64,000 bases of DNA from the NCBI GenBank assembly GCA_930990515.1, contig CAKNPS010000001.1, positions 103,280 to 167,279 of the forward strand. The letters are read 5' to 3'. Under the pieces are notes generated by a model. The model ran no database searches and had not been told where the DNA came from. It worked only from the letters and a program-made list of their open reading frames with translations. Made by a program: the position numbers and the translations under genes. Shown piece after piece: positions 39,095 to 47,722 of the stretch (position 1 is the first letter of the stretch; each line of letters starts with the position of its first letter). Origin of the DNA: an uncultured Clostridia bacterium. Its GTDB lineage: Bacteria > Bacillota > Clostridia > Christensenellales > UBA1242.

Positions 39095-40936
39095 TTAACC
39101 TTCCTTTATAAGTTTTTTATGTTCTCGAATATGTTTCAAAAAGATTTCTTCAGTTTCTTTATCTGCTTCCTTAAAGAAGTTCCCAGAAAGCATATAAGCA
39201 ATATGTTCGTTGATGTGCAAATTGTGGTCATCAATCTCCTTAACTTCCACATTTTCTTTTTCCATCATATCAAGATTTTCATTATCCGCTCTTTTAATTT
39301 GAAGTTCGTTTAAATCTTTAACATCTTCCCAAACACCAAAGCCTATCATTTCCAAAATCTTATTTTTCATTGTGGTGGAAATTTGGCCATTTTCGTCAGA
39401 TAAAAGTCCTTTGTCGAGCAAAGTATAAATCATATTTCTTCTTTGCGACAATGTGTCATTGCTTTCAACTTCGGTGTCAAGTTCAACATCATCGCTTGAA
39501 ATATCGCTAGATTTAAAATAAAAGATTTCAACATCGCCATTTTCTCCAACAATTTTGGTTAATCTTGGAAAAGTTGCGTATTGCTTATATAATCTTAAAA
39601 TTTGTTTGCCAATAAGTTTGATTGCTGATTTTATGCTGTCCGTTGTGAATGACAAGCGTGTTTCATTTTCATCAATCAAAAGTTCGAGTGCCACCCCACT
39701 TATAGTGGAAGAAATGGAGTCCATAGTTCCCATTTCTGTCGTTCCACTGATTGTGGTAAATTCATTTAATAATCTTTCTTCTTCCTTCTCAAAATCAGTT
39801 GGTAAAGTTTCCGTTGCCAAATATTCTGGTGGATTTGCTCCCTGCCTATAAACCAAAATTTTGCCAGGTGCAAGTCCTTCTTCTTCCAAATTATCAATGT
39901 CCACACTGCCGTCTTCCACTGAAAGCACACCAAGAGTTAATCGATTTAAATATTCGTGTTTACGATTTTTAACGGCATTATATGCTCTTTGAATAGGAAT
40001 CATTCTATCAATAAGACTAACACCCCAAAAACTTCCCACATTGTCACAACAAACCTGTTTAATAAATGGGAAATCGCGTTTTCCATCAGTTCCATTGATG
40101 TATGGCAATTCTCCGTCAAAAACCAATTCTTCGCCTGCCACAATGATTAATCTTCCATTTGGATATTCTTCACTTGGTCTAACATATTTTTCAATCACAA
40201 TTCCTGCATCTTGTTTTGTCACTTCAATAAGTTTTTGGCCAATACCAGTAAGTCCAAGTCCACCCACAGAAGCAGTGTTGTCAAGTGAAAAAACGTTAAT
40301 ATCTTCTCCTTCAATTTCCACACCATACATCTCTTTGATTTCATCTTTGGAATAAACCTTTGCGTGAATAATGCTTTGACAATCTTCCAAATTCTCGTTT
40401 GCAGTGCTGTCTGTATAAATTTCAAATGGCGAACAAACTGAAATGTCAACATCACCAGTTTTTATTTTTCGTCCGTCTTCTTCAATGGCAACAACTTGTC
40501 CAAGATTGCTGTTCCAATAAACTTTATAGAAACTCGTTCCACAAATTTCACTCCATTTTGTTGCTTGATTGATTTTTTGAGAAAGAGAATATTTATTTGC
40601 CACTGAGTCTAGAATTTTTTTAGACATCTTAGCGGTATAAACATCACTTTCATCATTACTTGCAGGAATAACTCGCATTTTAGGCTTAATTCTTGAAAGT
40701 TTTGATAGTCTTATATCAATTTTTGGTGCAATATGATTGAATACTTCGCGTTCTTGCCAAAAGTATTCCCTATTCGTATCATCAAGAAGTCCACCAAAGC
40801 CGACCGAACAAAATTGATTTCCCATATAGAAATTCATATTAAGTCGCCACTTAAGGTCAAAACTTTTTCTTTCGTTCACGCGTCTAGCAAAATCGTCAAG
40901 GACTTCTTTCACCAATTCATTTTCAATTTTCTTCAT
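39095..40936 (-). CDS. phage portal protein
   Basis: 613 aa. N-terminal KWRLNMNFYMGNQF, central FPFIKQVCCDNVGSFWGVSLIDRMIPIQRAYN (portal wing/stem pattern), and first position in the head module. Confidence 0.65.
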   Translation of the reverse strand: MKKIENELVKEVLDDFARRVNERKSFDLKWRLNMNFYMGNQFCSVGFGGLLDDTNREYFWQEREVFNHIAPKIDIRLSKLSRIKPKMRVIPASNDESDVYTAKMSKKILDSVANKYSLSQKINQATKWSEICGTSFYKVYWNSNLGQVVAIEEDGRKIKTGDVDISVCSPFEIYTDSTANENLEDCQSIIHAKVYSKDEIKEMYGVEIEGEDINVFSLDNTASVGGLGLTGIGQKLIEVTKQDAGIVIEKYVRPSEEYPNGRLIIVAGEELVFDGELPYINGTDGKRDFPFIKQVCCDNVGSFWGVSLIDRMIPIQRAYNAVKNRKHEYLNRLTLGVLSVEDGSVDIDNLEEEGLAPGKILVYRQGANPPEYLATETLPTDFEKEEERLLNEFTTISGTTEMGTMDSISSTISGVALELLIDENETRLSFTTDSIKSAIKLIGKQILRLYKQYATFPRLTKIVGENGDVEIFYFKSSDISSDDVELDTEVESNDTLSQRRNMIYTLLDKGLLSDENGQISTTMKNKILEMIGFGVWEDVKDLNELQIKRADNENLDMMEKENVEVKEIDDHNLHINEHIAYMLSGNFFKEADKETEEIFLKHIREHKKLIKEG

Positions 40937-41153
40937 TTTTCCTCCTTCTTAATGTTCTGTTTGGTTTGTAGTGTGAATCTATTGCTTTTGGAACAAAAAT
41001 CTTTGATAATTCAGTGTATAGGTTTTTCATACACTCTTCACAAAAAGCAAATTCATTTTTGAAAAGTCCACGAGTGGAAACATAATAGTCTGCTAGGTTT
41101 CTGCACCCACCAAAATCACATTTCACTTTGTGTGTACATTTTTCAACTTTCAC
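40923..41153 (-). CDS. small Cys-rich (zinc-ribbon-like) protein
   Basis: 76 aa with CxxxxxCxxxxC...CxxC and a basic tail RTLRRRKNEEN. It overlaps the TerS-like stop and the portal start. Confidence 0.45.
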   Translation of the reverse strand: MKVEKCTHKVKCDFGGCRNLADYYVSTRGLFKNEFAFCEECMKNLYTELSKIFVPKAIDSHYKPNRTLRRRKNEEN

Positions 41154-41430
41154 TTTCTTCTTCCTCCTTTAAAAGTTTTAAAAGTCGCCTTTTTTCTTTT
41201 TTAAGTTCGCTATCAGTCATCTCTTGAATTTTATCGTCTGTCAAAATATCTTGCCTTTCAAGTAACATTTTCATTGCAGTAATATCAGGTGGATTAAATT
41301 TTTTGGTAACCTTCTTTTTGCAAAGAACAGGATTGCCATTTTCGTCCAGTTGATATTCTTCCACAACCTCGTTACAAGAAAAACCAAGTGCTTTTTTCAA
41401 GAGTGCTTTTTTAATGTCACTTTCTTCCAC
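41143..41430 (-). CDS. terminase small subunit-like protein
   Basis: The start was moved to GTG 41430, 4 nt after AAGGAGG. ALGFSCNEVVEEYQLDENGNPVLCKKKVTKKFNPPDITAMKMLLE resembles the ALGY...K.V.K..PPD..A..fWLkN core of a TerS family. The track's extra N-terminal 23 codons cover the promoter. Confidence 0.45.
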   Translation of the reverse strand: MEESDIKKALLKKALGFSCNEVVEEYQLDENGNPVLCKKKVTKKFNPPDITAMKMLLERQDILTDDKIQEMTDSELKKEKRRLLKLLKEEEESES

Positions 41431-41457
41431 AACACCTCCTTGCAACTTTCGTATTCG

Positions 41458-41486
41458 ATTATATTTTAAGAAAATTGCAAATTCAA
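41458..41486 (-). promoter_or_regulatory. sigma-A-type promoter of the phage-derived operon
   Basis: On the minus strand: TTGAAT (41486-41481), 17 nt spacer, TATAAT (41463-41458). Confidence 0.6.
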
Positions 41487-41555
41487 GAAAGAGTGACAAT
41501 TTTTTGTTTTCACAAAATTTGAAATAGAAAATAAAATGTATTTGTAGGAGTAATT

Positions 41556-42335
41556 ATGGAAAACCTCTTAGAATTCAAAAATGTCAACTACTTCTATCAA
41601 ACAAAAAATGATGAAATTTTTGCGTTAGACAATATTAACTTTGATGTCAAAGAAGAAGAATTTGTCTCACTTGTAGGTCCTAGTGGTTGCGGAAAAACAA
41701 CCATACTTTCGCTTGCCGCAGGACTACTAAAGCCAAGTTCAGGCGAAGTAATACTAGACGGAGAAAAGAAAATTGACACAAAAAAAATTGGTTATATGTT
41801 TCAACGCGATATGCTTTTTGATTGGCGAACGGTTTGGAAAAATGTAACTTTAGGACTCGAACTTCAAAAGCCAAAAGATTTAGATAGGAAACTTGCCTTT
41901 GCCGAAGAACTATTAAAAAAATATAATCTCGATGGCTTTAAAAACCGAAAACCACGCTCTCTTAGTGGTGGTATGCGACAAAGAGTGGCACTCATTCGCA
42001 CTCTAGTTTTAGAGCCAAAACTCTTACTTCTCGACGAACCTTTCTCGGCACTCGACTATCAAACAAGACTGACTCTTTGCGACGATGTTGCTGAAATACT
42101 AAAAAATGAAAAAAAGACAGCACTTCTAGTTACACACGACATTTCAGAAGCAATTTCGCTGTCTGATAAAATCATAGTTTTATCTTCTCGACCTGCCAAA
42201 GTGAAAGATGAAATACATCTCAACTTAAACGGAGAAACTCCACTTAAAAAACGTGAAGATTCTTCCTTTGGCAGTTACTTTGATTTAATATGGAGAGAAC
42301 TTACAAATGAAGAACAAAAAAATAACAGCGACTAG
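41556..42335 (+). CDS. ABC transporter ATP-binding protein (NitT/TauT-type)
   Basis: Walker A GPSGCGKTT, signature LSGGMRQR and Walker B LLLLDEPFSALD. Confidence 0.9.
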   Translation: MENLLEFKNVNYFYQTKNDEIFALDNINFDVKEEEFVSLVGPSGCGKTTILSLAAGLLKPSSGEVILDGEKKIDTKKIGYMFQRDMLFDWRTVWKNVTLGLELQKPKDLDRKLAFAEELLKKYNLDGFKNRKPRSLSGGMRQRVALIRTLVLEPKLLLLDEPFSALDYQTRLTLCDDVAEILKNEKKTALLVTHDISEAISLSDKIIVLSSRPAKVKDEIHLNLNGETPLKKREDSSFGSYFDLIWRELTNEEQKNNSD

Positions 42336-43119
42336 TTTTTCTAAGTCGCATCAGTTGTATGTCAGTAAACTCAAAAAAGATAAGTTTATCGTCATATTTT
42401 TCAGAATATTCATTTTAGTTGCATTCATAGGACTTTGGGAACTACTCACCTACTTAAAAGTCCTTGACCCTTTCTTTTTTTCCAGTCCATCAAGAATTGT
42501 CGCCACACTTGGCGATTTAATCAGTGCTGGCACACTTTTTCATCACGCTTGGGTAACACTTTATGAAACCTTAATCGGTTTTGCGATAGCCACAGTTTTA
42601 GGCTATTTAATTGCAGTTGCACTTTGGTGGAATGAAAAGGTTAGGAAGATTTTTGAGCCATATATCATTGTTTTAAATTCCTTGCCAAAAATTGCACTTG
42701 GCCCAGTGATTATTCTTTGGGTTGGTGCAGGAACAAGTGCCATAGTTTTGATGTGTGTGCTTATTTGCATCGTAATCACAACAATGTCAATGCTCTCCGC
42801 ATTTATTGCTTGTGATGAAGGAAAAATTCTTTTACTTAAAAGTATGCACGCAAACAAATTTCAAATTTTATGGAAATGCGTTTTACCAAATTCAATGCCA
42901 GACTTTATTTCCGTTTTAAAAATTAATGTGGGAATGGCTTGGGTTGGTAGCATTATGGGCGAATATTTGACAAGTAAAGCAGGACTTGGCTATCTCATTG
43001 TCTATGGCGGTCAAATCTTCAAGATTGACCTAGTTATGACCGCCACCTTTGTCCTTTGCATACTCGCCTTCTTGATGTATTTTCTTGTTAGTCTTCTGGA
43101 AAGACGATATAAAAAATAG
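42307..43119 (+). CDS. ABC transporter permease (NitT/TauT-type)
   Basis: Six TM segments with a binding-protein-dependent transport inner-membrane fold. It overlaps the ATPase stop. Confidence 0.85.
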   Translation: MKNKKITATSFSKSHQLYVSKLKKDKFIVIFFRIFILVAFIGLWELLTYLKVLDPFFFSSPSRIVATLGDLISAGTLFHHAWVTLYETLIGFAIATVLGYLIAVALWWNEKVRKIFEPYIIVLNSLPKIALGPVIILWVGAGTSAIVLMCVLICIVITTMSMLSAFIACDEGKILLLKSMHANKFQILWKCVLPNSMPDFISVLKINVGMAWVGSIMGEYLTSKAGLGYLIVYGGQIFKIDLVMTATFVLCILAFLMYFLVSLLERRYKK

Positions 43120-44052
43120 AAGAAGGAAAATTGCCATAACTGACGAAACTGGATAGAGATAAGAAACGATATAAGAAAAACCACATTCACTGATTAAAAA
43201 TGGAAGAAAAATGGAAAGAGAAAGAAGCAAAACTTCACTTTTAAAGAAATTTGATAAACTTTCTTTCAAGGTTAAACATAAAGAAAGAAGAGTGGTAAGA
43301 CAGCCAATAAAAATCACAATATAAGAGAGTGTAAAGAAAAATTTGTTCCCTTGACATAGATATAGAAAAGGCATATCAGCATAAAAACTTTCTGGGTGTG
43401 TTCTTAAAACAACATTCCCAAAAGTTAAAAACGCAAAAAGAAGAAGACTTGAAAACAGACTGATAAAAAAAGTCTGTTTTTTTGTGAGCTCATTCCCCGC
43501 TTTTGCCACAATGAAAGTGCTTGTTGAAAAATTGAGAGCAACATATAACGGAGAATATAAAAAACCAAAATGGCTTTTTGTTTCCATAATATATGTCGAT
43601 TTTTGAAAACATAAAAACACAAGAACACCAAGGAAAATAAAGGCACAAATAGGCATAATAAATGCTGTGAACTTTTCCAGCATTTTCATACCTTTCAGTG
43701 TTATATATAATGTTAAAAGTAAAAGCCCAGCACAAAGTAAAATGTAAATAAAAGAACCAGAAAAAGAAAACAAACTTTTTAAGCCTGCAAACATAGATGC
43801 AGTAAACACAATGGAAATAAAAATCATAATAATGTTTATTATCTTCAAATTTTCAAACTTTTCCGTTACCTTGCTCCCTTTGGATAAAAAGAGATAAAAA
43901 AGAAAGAAAAAGAGAACGCAAGCAATAAAGATATAAAGGTATGAAAGATTGCCAAACCTACTAAAAAAGACAAAAATTTCTTTTCCACTTGAAAAGCCAG
44001 AGCCAACAATAGTTCCAAAAATAAGAAAAACGATTGTCCAAACTTTTTTCAT
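43030..44052 (-). CDS. YkvI-like membrane transporter-family protein
   Basis: N-terminal GTIVGSGFSSGKEIFVFF motif and about 10 TM segments. There is no SD. Confidence 0.6.
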   Translation of the reverse strand: MKKVWTIVFLIFGTIVGSGFSSGKEIFVFFSRFGNLSYLYIFIACVLFFFLFYLFLSKGSKVTEKFENLKIINIIMIFISIVFTASMFAGLKSLFSFSGSFIYILLCAGLLLLTLYITLKGMKMLEKFTAFIMPICAFIFLGVLVFLCFQKSTYIMETKSHFGFLYSPLYVALNFSTSTFIVAKAGNELTKKQTFFISLFSSLLLFAFLTFGNVVLRTHPESFYADMPFLYLCQGNKFFFTLSYIVIFIGCLTTLLSLCLTLKESLSNFFKSEVLLLSLSIFLPFLISECGFSYIVSYLYPVSSVMAIFLLLFFISSFQKTNKKIHQEGEYAKDKGGGHN

Positions 44053-44086
44053 AGAAAAATATATGTAAAATAAAAATTTTATATGT

Positions 44087-44113
44087 AAAAAAAGTTGCTA
44101 TTATAATAGCAAC
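44087..44113 (-). terminator. rho-independent (bidirectional) terminator after recN
   Basis: A 20-bp perfect palindrome GTTGCTATTATAATAGCAAC, flanked by T-runs on both strands. Confidence 0.75.
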
Positions 44114-44130
44114 CTTTTTCTTATATCAAT

Positions 44131-45783
44131 TTACGCAAGTAATTTTTTGGCGTGATCAAGAGCAGTTGAAGAAACATTTTCATTTCCATCAATTAGTCTT
44201 GCAATTTGTTCAACAACCTCTTCCCCTTCAATCACTTTTGCGTTTGAAACGGTCTCTCCGTTCTCATTTTTCTTGGAAACCAAAATGAATTCATCGCCCT
44301 TGCTTGCCACAACTGGTGTGTGAGTGATGCAAATGACTTGCACAAACTCAGCAATCTTACCAAGTTTTTCTGCCACCTTGCCTGCCGTTTGCCCACTTAT
44401 TCCAGAATCAATCTCATCAAAAACGACTGTTGCCACATTTTCTTTATCAAGCATAATACCTTTAAATGCCAAAAGAAGTCTGGATAGTTCCCCACCAGAA
44501 GCGGTTTTAGACAAATCTTTCATTTCTTGTCCAGCATTTGCAGAGAAGATAAATTTGACAGCATCAAACCCCTTTCTTCCAATTTCGCTTTTGTCAAATT
44601 GAACTTTAAAGTTTGTTCCTTTCATTTGAAGGTCGTTTAATTCTAATTTAATTTTATCTTCCAAAATCAAAGCATTTTCTTTTCTCAAAGTGGAGAGTTT
44701 TGAACATAATTGGTTTAAATTTTGAAGGCATTTTTCTTTCTTTGCATCAAGTTTATTTATCATAAACTCGCTGTTTTCAAGATTATCAAGCCTTTCTTTT
44801 GCATCTTGTAGGAATTTCAAAATTTCAGTTATATCTGCCCCATATTTTTTCTTCAAACTTTTGATTAAATCAAGACGATTATCAATTCTTTCAAGTTCAC
44901 TTTCATCAAAATCAGTGTTTTTGACAATACCTTCCAAAACTTCTGCCACATCTTTAATTTCATAGTATGCAGAATTTAATCTTTCTTGGCACTCTGCAAT
45001 GTCTTGAAATTCAGAAAAGGAAGAAAGAAGATTTTTTGCTTCAAAAAGTCCATTAGTTACAGCATTCACACCTTCATCAAGTTTAGAAACCGCACCACCA
45101 ACTTTTTCACAAATGTTTTCGCTTGCCGAAATAAACTTAAATCTTTCCTTTAACTCTTCTTCTTCGCCTTCTTGAAGATTAGCATTTTCAATTTCTTGAA
45201 TTTGGAAAGATAAAATTTCCTTAAGCCTATTTCTTTCCGTTTCATTGCCACCAAGTGACTTAATCTCTTTTTCAATTTCTGCAAGATTATCACATTCTTT
45301 TGAAATTTCTTCCAAAAGACTATATGCTTTATCTCCAATAAATCTATCTAAAAGTGATAAGTGATTGTTTTCATTAATTAGTCCAACATTATCGTGTTGC
45401 CCACAAAAATCAATCAAATTTAATGTTATCTCTTTTAATGTTTTGAGAACAACTGGCACACCATTAACCCTAATTGTGCTTTTTCCATCAAGGTTTAAGG
45501 TTCTGGAAAGGATTAGTTCATCTTCAAATTCAATATCTAATGAAGTTAAAGTTTCTTTAATACTTTCACTTAAGTGGTCAAACACTGCTTCAACACGCAT
45601 TGTGTTTTCTTTGCTTCGAATAAGTGTTTTGTCAGCCTTTGCACCGAGCACAAAACTTAAGGCATCAATAAGAATACTTTTCCCCGCACCAGATTGTCCC
45701 AAAATCACATTGAAACCTTTTTTGAAATCTATCTCACAATTTTTAATAAGAGCAAGATTTGAAATAAAAAGAGAAGAAAGCAT
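44131..45783 (-). CDS. recN: DNA repair protein RecN
   Basis: Walker A GQSGAGKS, a long coiled coil, and C-terminal ASGGELSRLLLAF...VFDEIDSG. Confidence 0.95.
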   Translation of the reverse strand: MLSSLFISNLALIKNCEIDFKKGFNVILGQSGAGKSILIDALSFVLGAKADKTLIRSKENTMRVEAVFDHLSESIKETLTSLDIEFEDELILSRTLNLDGKSTIRVNGVPVVLKTLKEITLNLIDFCGQHDNVGLINENNHLSLLDRFIGDKAYSLLEEISKECDNLAEIEKEIKSLGGNETERNRLKEILSFQIQEIENANLQEGEEEELKERFKFISASENICEKVGGAVSKLDEGVNAVTNGLFEAKNLLSSFSEFQDIAECQERLNSAYYEIKDVAEVLEGIVKNTDFDESELERIDNRLDLIKSLKKKYGADITEILKFLQDAKERLDNLENSEFMINKLDAKKEKCLQNLNQLCSKLSTLRKENALILEDKIKLELNDLQMKGTNFKVQFDKSEIGRKGFDAVKFIFSANAGQEMKDLSKTASGGELSRLLLAFKGIMLDKENVATVVFDEIDSGISGQTAGKVAEKLGKIAEFVQVICITHTPVVASKGDEFILVSKKNENGETVSNAKVIEGEEVVEQIARLIDGNENVSSTALDHAKKLLA

Positions 45784-45797
45784 TTTTCTCCCTCCTT

Positions 45798-46250
45798 TTA
45801 AGCCAATATATCAGAAAGCGTTGCCACAGCCTCACTTGACAAAGCCGTTGATGGAAAAACAAGAAGAACTGTGTCGTCACCATAAGTTGTTCCCATAAGG
45901 TCAATAAGATTGAGTTTGTCAATAAAAGAAGCAACACTTCCACCCATTCCTTTGATGGTTTTAATCACAGCAAGATTAAGAGCATTTTTAACCGAAATAA
46001 CAGATTCCTTAAAAATTGTTATGTAACGGTTAGAAATTGCTTGTTGTTCAGAACCCAAAATGGCATATTTATATTTGCCAGTTGAAGACAAAATTTTTGT
46101 AAGACCAAGTTCTTTGATATCACGAGAAATAGTTGCTTGTGTAATATCAAAATCAGCATTTTTAAGTTCTTTTGCGAGTTCTTCTTGAGTTTCAATCTCT
46201 TTAATTGAGATGAGTTCAAGAATTTTCGACTGTCTTGCACTTCTTGCCAT
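45798..46250 (-). CDS. argR: arginine repressor ArgR/AhrC
   Basis: The start was moved to ATG 46250 (MARSARQSKILELI), which follows AAAGGAG. It has a winged-helix N-domain and C-terminal GTTYGDDTVLLV. Confidence 0.92.
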   Translation of the reverse strand: MARSARQSKILELISIKEIETQEELAKELKNADFDITQATISRDIKELGLTKILSSTGKYKYAILGSEQQAISNRYITIFKESVISVKNALNLAVIKTIKGMGGSVASFIDKLNLIDLMGTTYGDDTVLLVFPSTALSSEAVATLSDILA

Positions 46251-46380
46251 AACAAACTCCTTTAAGCCATATAACCCGCTAAAATAGGGCAATTAGGCGA
46301 TTTATGCATAAATATAAATTTATAAATATTAATGCATTTTTCATTATTATACAATAAAATTTATAATTATGCAAGTGATT

Positions 46381-46398
46381 TTTGAATATTTATGCAAT
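46381..46398. promoter_or_regulatory. candidate ARG box upstream of argR
   Basis: TTTGAATATTTATGCAAT matches TGAAT-WWWW-AT(T/G)CA. Three further ATGCA-containing AT-rich sites lie at 46303-46376. Confidence 0.3.
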
Positions 46399-46516
46399 AA
46401 ATTTTTATAATAATTTGAAAATGTGAAAATTTATAAATTCAAAAAGAATAAATATAAGTTAATATACATTTTAAAGTTCAATGAAAATATCGACAAATAA
46501 TAGTCCCCTGCCCCAC

Positions 46517-46546
46517 AATAAAAAACTGCAAGTAAAACCTGCAGTC
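46517..46546 (-). terminator. rho-independent terminator after thiI
   Basis: On the minus strand: ACTGCA-ggttttact-TGCAGT followed by TTTTTTATT. Confidence 0.6.
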
Positions 46547-46567
46547 TTAAATCACAAAAATAAAAAC

Positions 46568-47722
46568 CTATCTTTTTAAAACTAAAACTTCTTTTGTGTT
46601 TAAGGCATCGTTTACAAGTTCATCAATATTTAAAAATTTTTCTTGATACTCTGCTTTTTTAATCGTTGGTTTAATAACAGGATATTTTGGCAAAAAGACA
46701 GTGCAACAATCTTCATAAGGCAAAATTGAAGTTTCGAAAGTCCCAATCTTTTTGGCAATCTCCACAATATCTTCTTTATCAAACGCAATAAGTGGACGAA
46801 AAACTGGAAGTGAAACCACACTGTTTGTAACATTGATGCTTTGCATTGTTTGGCTGGCAACCTGCCCCAAACTCTCCCCTGTGATTATCGCTCCAAGTTC
46901 ATTTTGTTCGCAAATCTTTTCTGCAATTCTCATCATAATTCTTCGCATAATTGTAATCATATATTCCGAATCGCAATTCATATGAATTTGTTCTTGAATT
47001 TTTGTGAAAGAAACAATGTGAAGTTTGATTTCATCACAATATTTTGTAAGTTCTTTTGCAAGAGTGATAACTTTTTCTTTTGCCTGTTCACTTGTGTATG
47101 GATAAGAATGAAAATGCACTGCTTCAATTTTAAGTCCACGCTTTGCCATTAAGTATGCTGCAACTGGACTATCTATTCCCCCAGAAAGAAGAACAAGTGC
47201 TTTACCACCCGAACCTAATGGAAGCCCACCATCGCATTTAATTGTTTCGTAGTAGATAAAAGTTTGGTTGTTAAATCTTACTTCAACATTTATGTTGTGT
47301 TCTGGATTATGTAAATCAACTTTAGCGTTTTTATTGCTTTCTAAAACAACTTCGCCAAGTTTTCTTTCCATCTCAACTGAAGTCATAGGAAATTTCTTAT
47401 CTGCTCTTTTTGCATTAACTCTAAAAGTTCCATCAATTTCAATGTTTGAAACAAATTTTGCAATTTCTTCAAAGTCAGATGCCACTTCTGTCGCCTTTGA
47501 AACACCAATAAGTCCAAACACAGTTGTTAAGTTTTGAACAATGGCATTTTCTTCCATTTCGTCATAGTCTGAAATAATAATTCTTCCAACAACCTGTTCC
47601 AATGAAAAAGAAAAGGAAGAAAGTTTTGTTTTGATATTCTCAATCAAAAGTTTTTCAAAATCTTTCTTATTTTTACCTTTTAAGAACAATTCACCGAATT
47701 TCAATAATAAAACTTTTTTCAT
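46568..47722 (-). CDS. thiI: tRNA 4-thiouridine synthase ThiI
   Basis: Ferredoxin-like and THUMP N-terminal domains, and PP-loop motif LLSGGIDSPVA. Confidence 0.94.
   Translation of the reverse strand: MKKVLLLKFGELFLKGKNKKDFEKLLIENIKTKLSSFSFSLEQVVGRIIISDYDEMEENAIVQNLTTVFGLIGVSKATEVASDFEEIAKFVSNIEIDGTFRVNAKRADKKFPMTSVEMERKLGEVVLESNKNAKVDLHNPEHNINVEVRFNNQTFIYYETIKCDGGLPLGSGGKALVLLSGGIDSPVAAYLMAKRGLKIEAVHFHSYPYTSEQAKEKVITLAKELTKYCDEIKLHIVSFTKIQEQIHMNCDSEYMITIMRRIMMRIAEKICEQNELGAIITGESLGQVASQTMQSINVTNSVVSLPVFRPLIAFDKEDIVEIAKKIGTFETSILPYEDCCTVFLPKYPVIKPTIKKAEYQEKFLNIDELVNDALNTKEVLVLKR

Larger units (their letters stand above)
34075..41490 (-). mobile_element. phage-derived capsid/holin gene island (single operon; defective prophage, satellite-like element or domesticated particle locus)
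   Basis: Ten tightly coupled minus-strand ORFs run from one sigma-A promoter (41458-41486) to one terminator (34075-34107). Most neighbours overlap by 10-17 nt. They encode a TerS-like protein, a Zn-ribbon protein, a portal, a scaffold, a major capsid protein, three structural ORFs, a BhlA-like holin and a second holin. No ORF in the window shows TerL, protease, tail-fibre, endolysin, integrase or repressor features. Confidence 0.7.

Noticed and set aside
41431-41499. N-terminal 23 codons of the track's 118-aa ORF (MSLFLEFAIFLKYNRIRKLQGGV)
   Set aside because: This stretch contains a consensus TTGAAT-17-TATAAT promoter and the AAGGAGG ribosome-binding site. Translation most likely starts at GTG 41430.
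45365-45898. 177-aa plus-strand ORF
   Set aside because: It is antisense across the recN 5' end and the argR 3' end, both of which have clear motifs. It is a shadow ORF.
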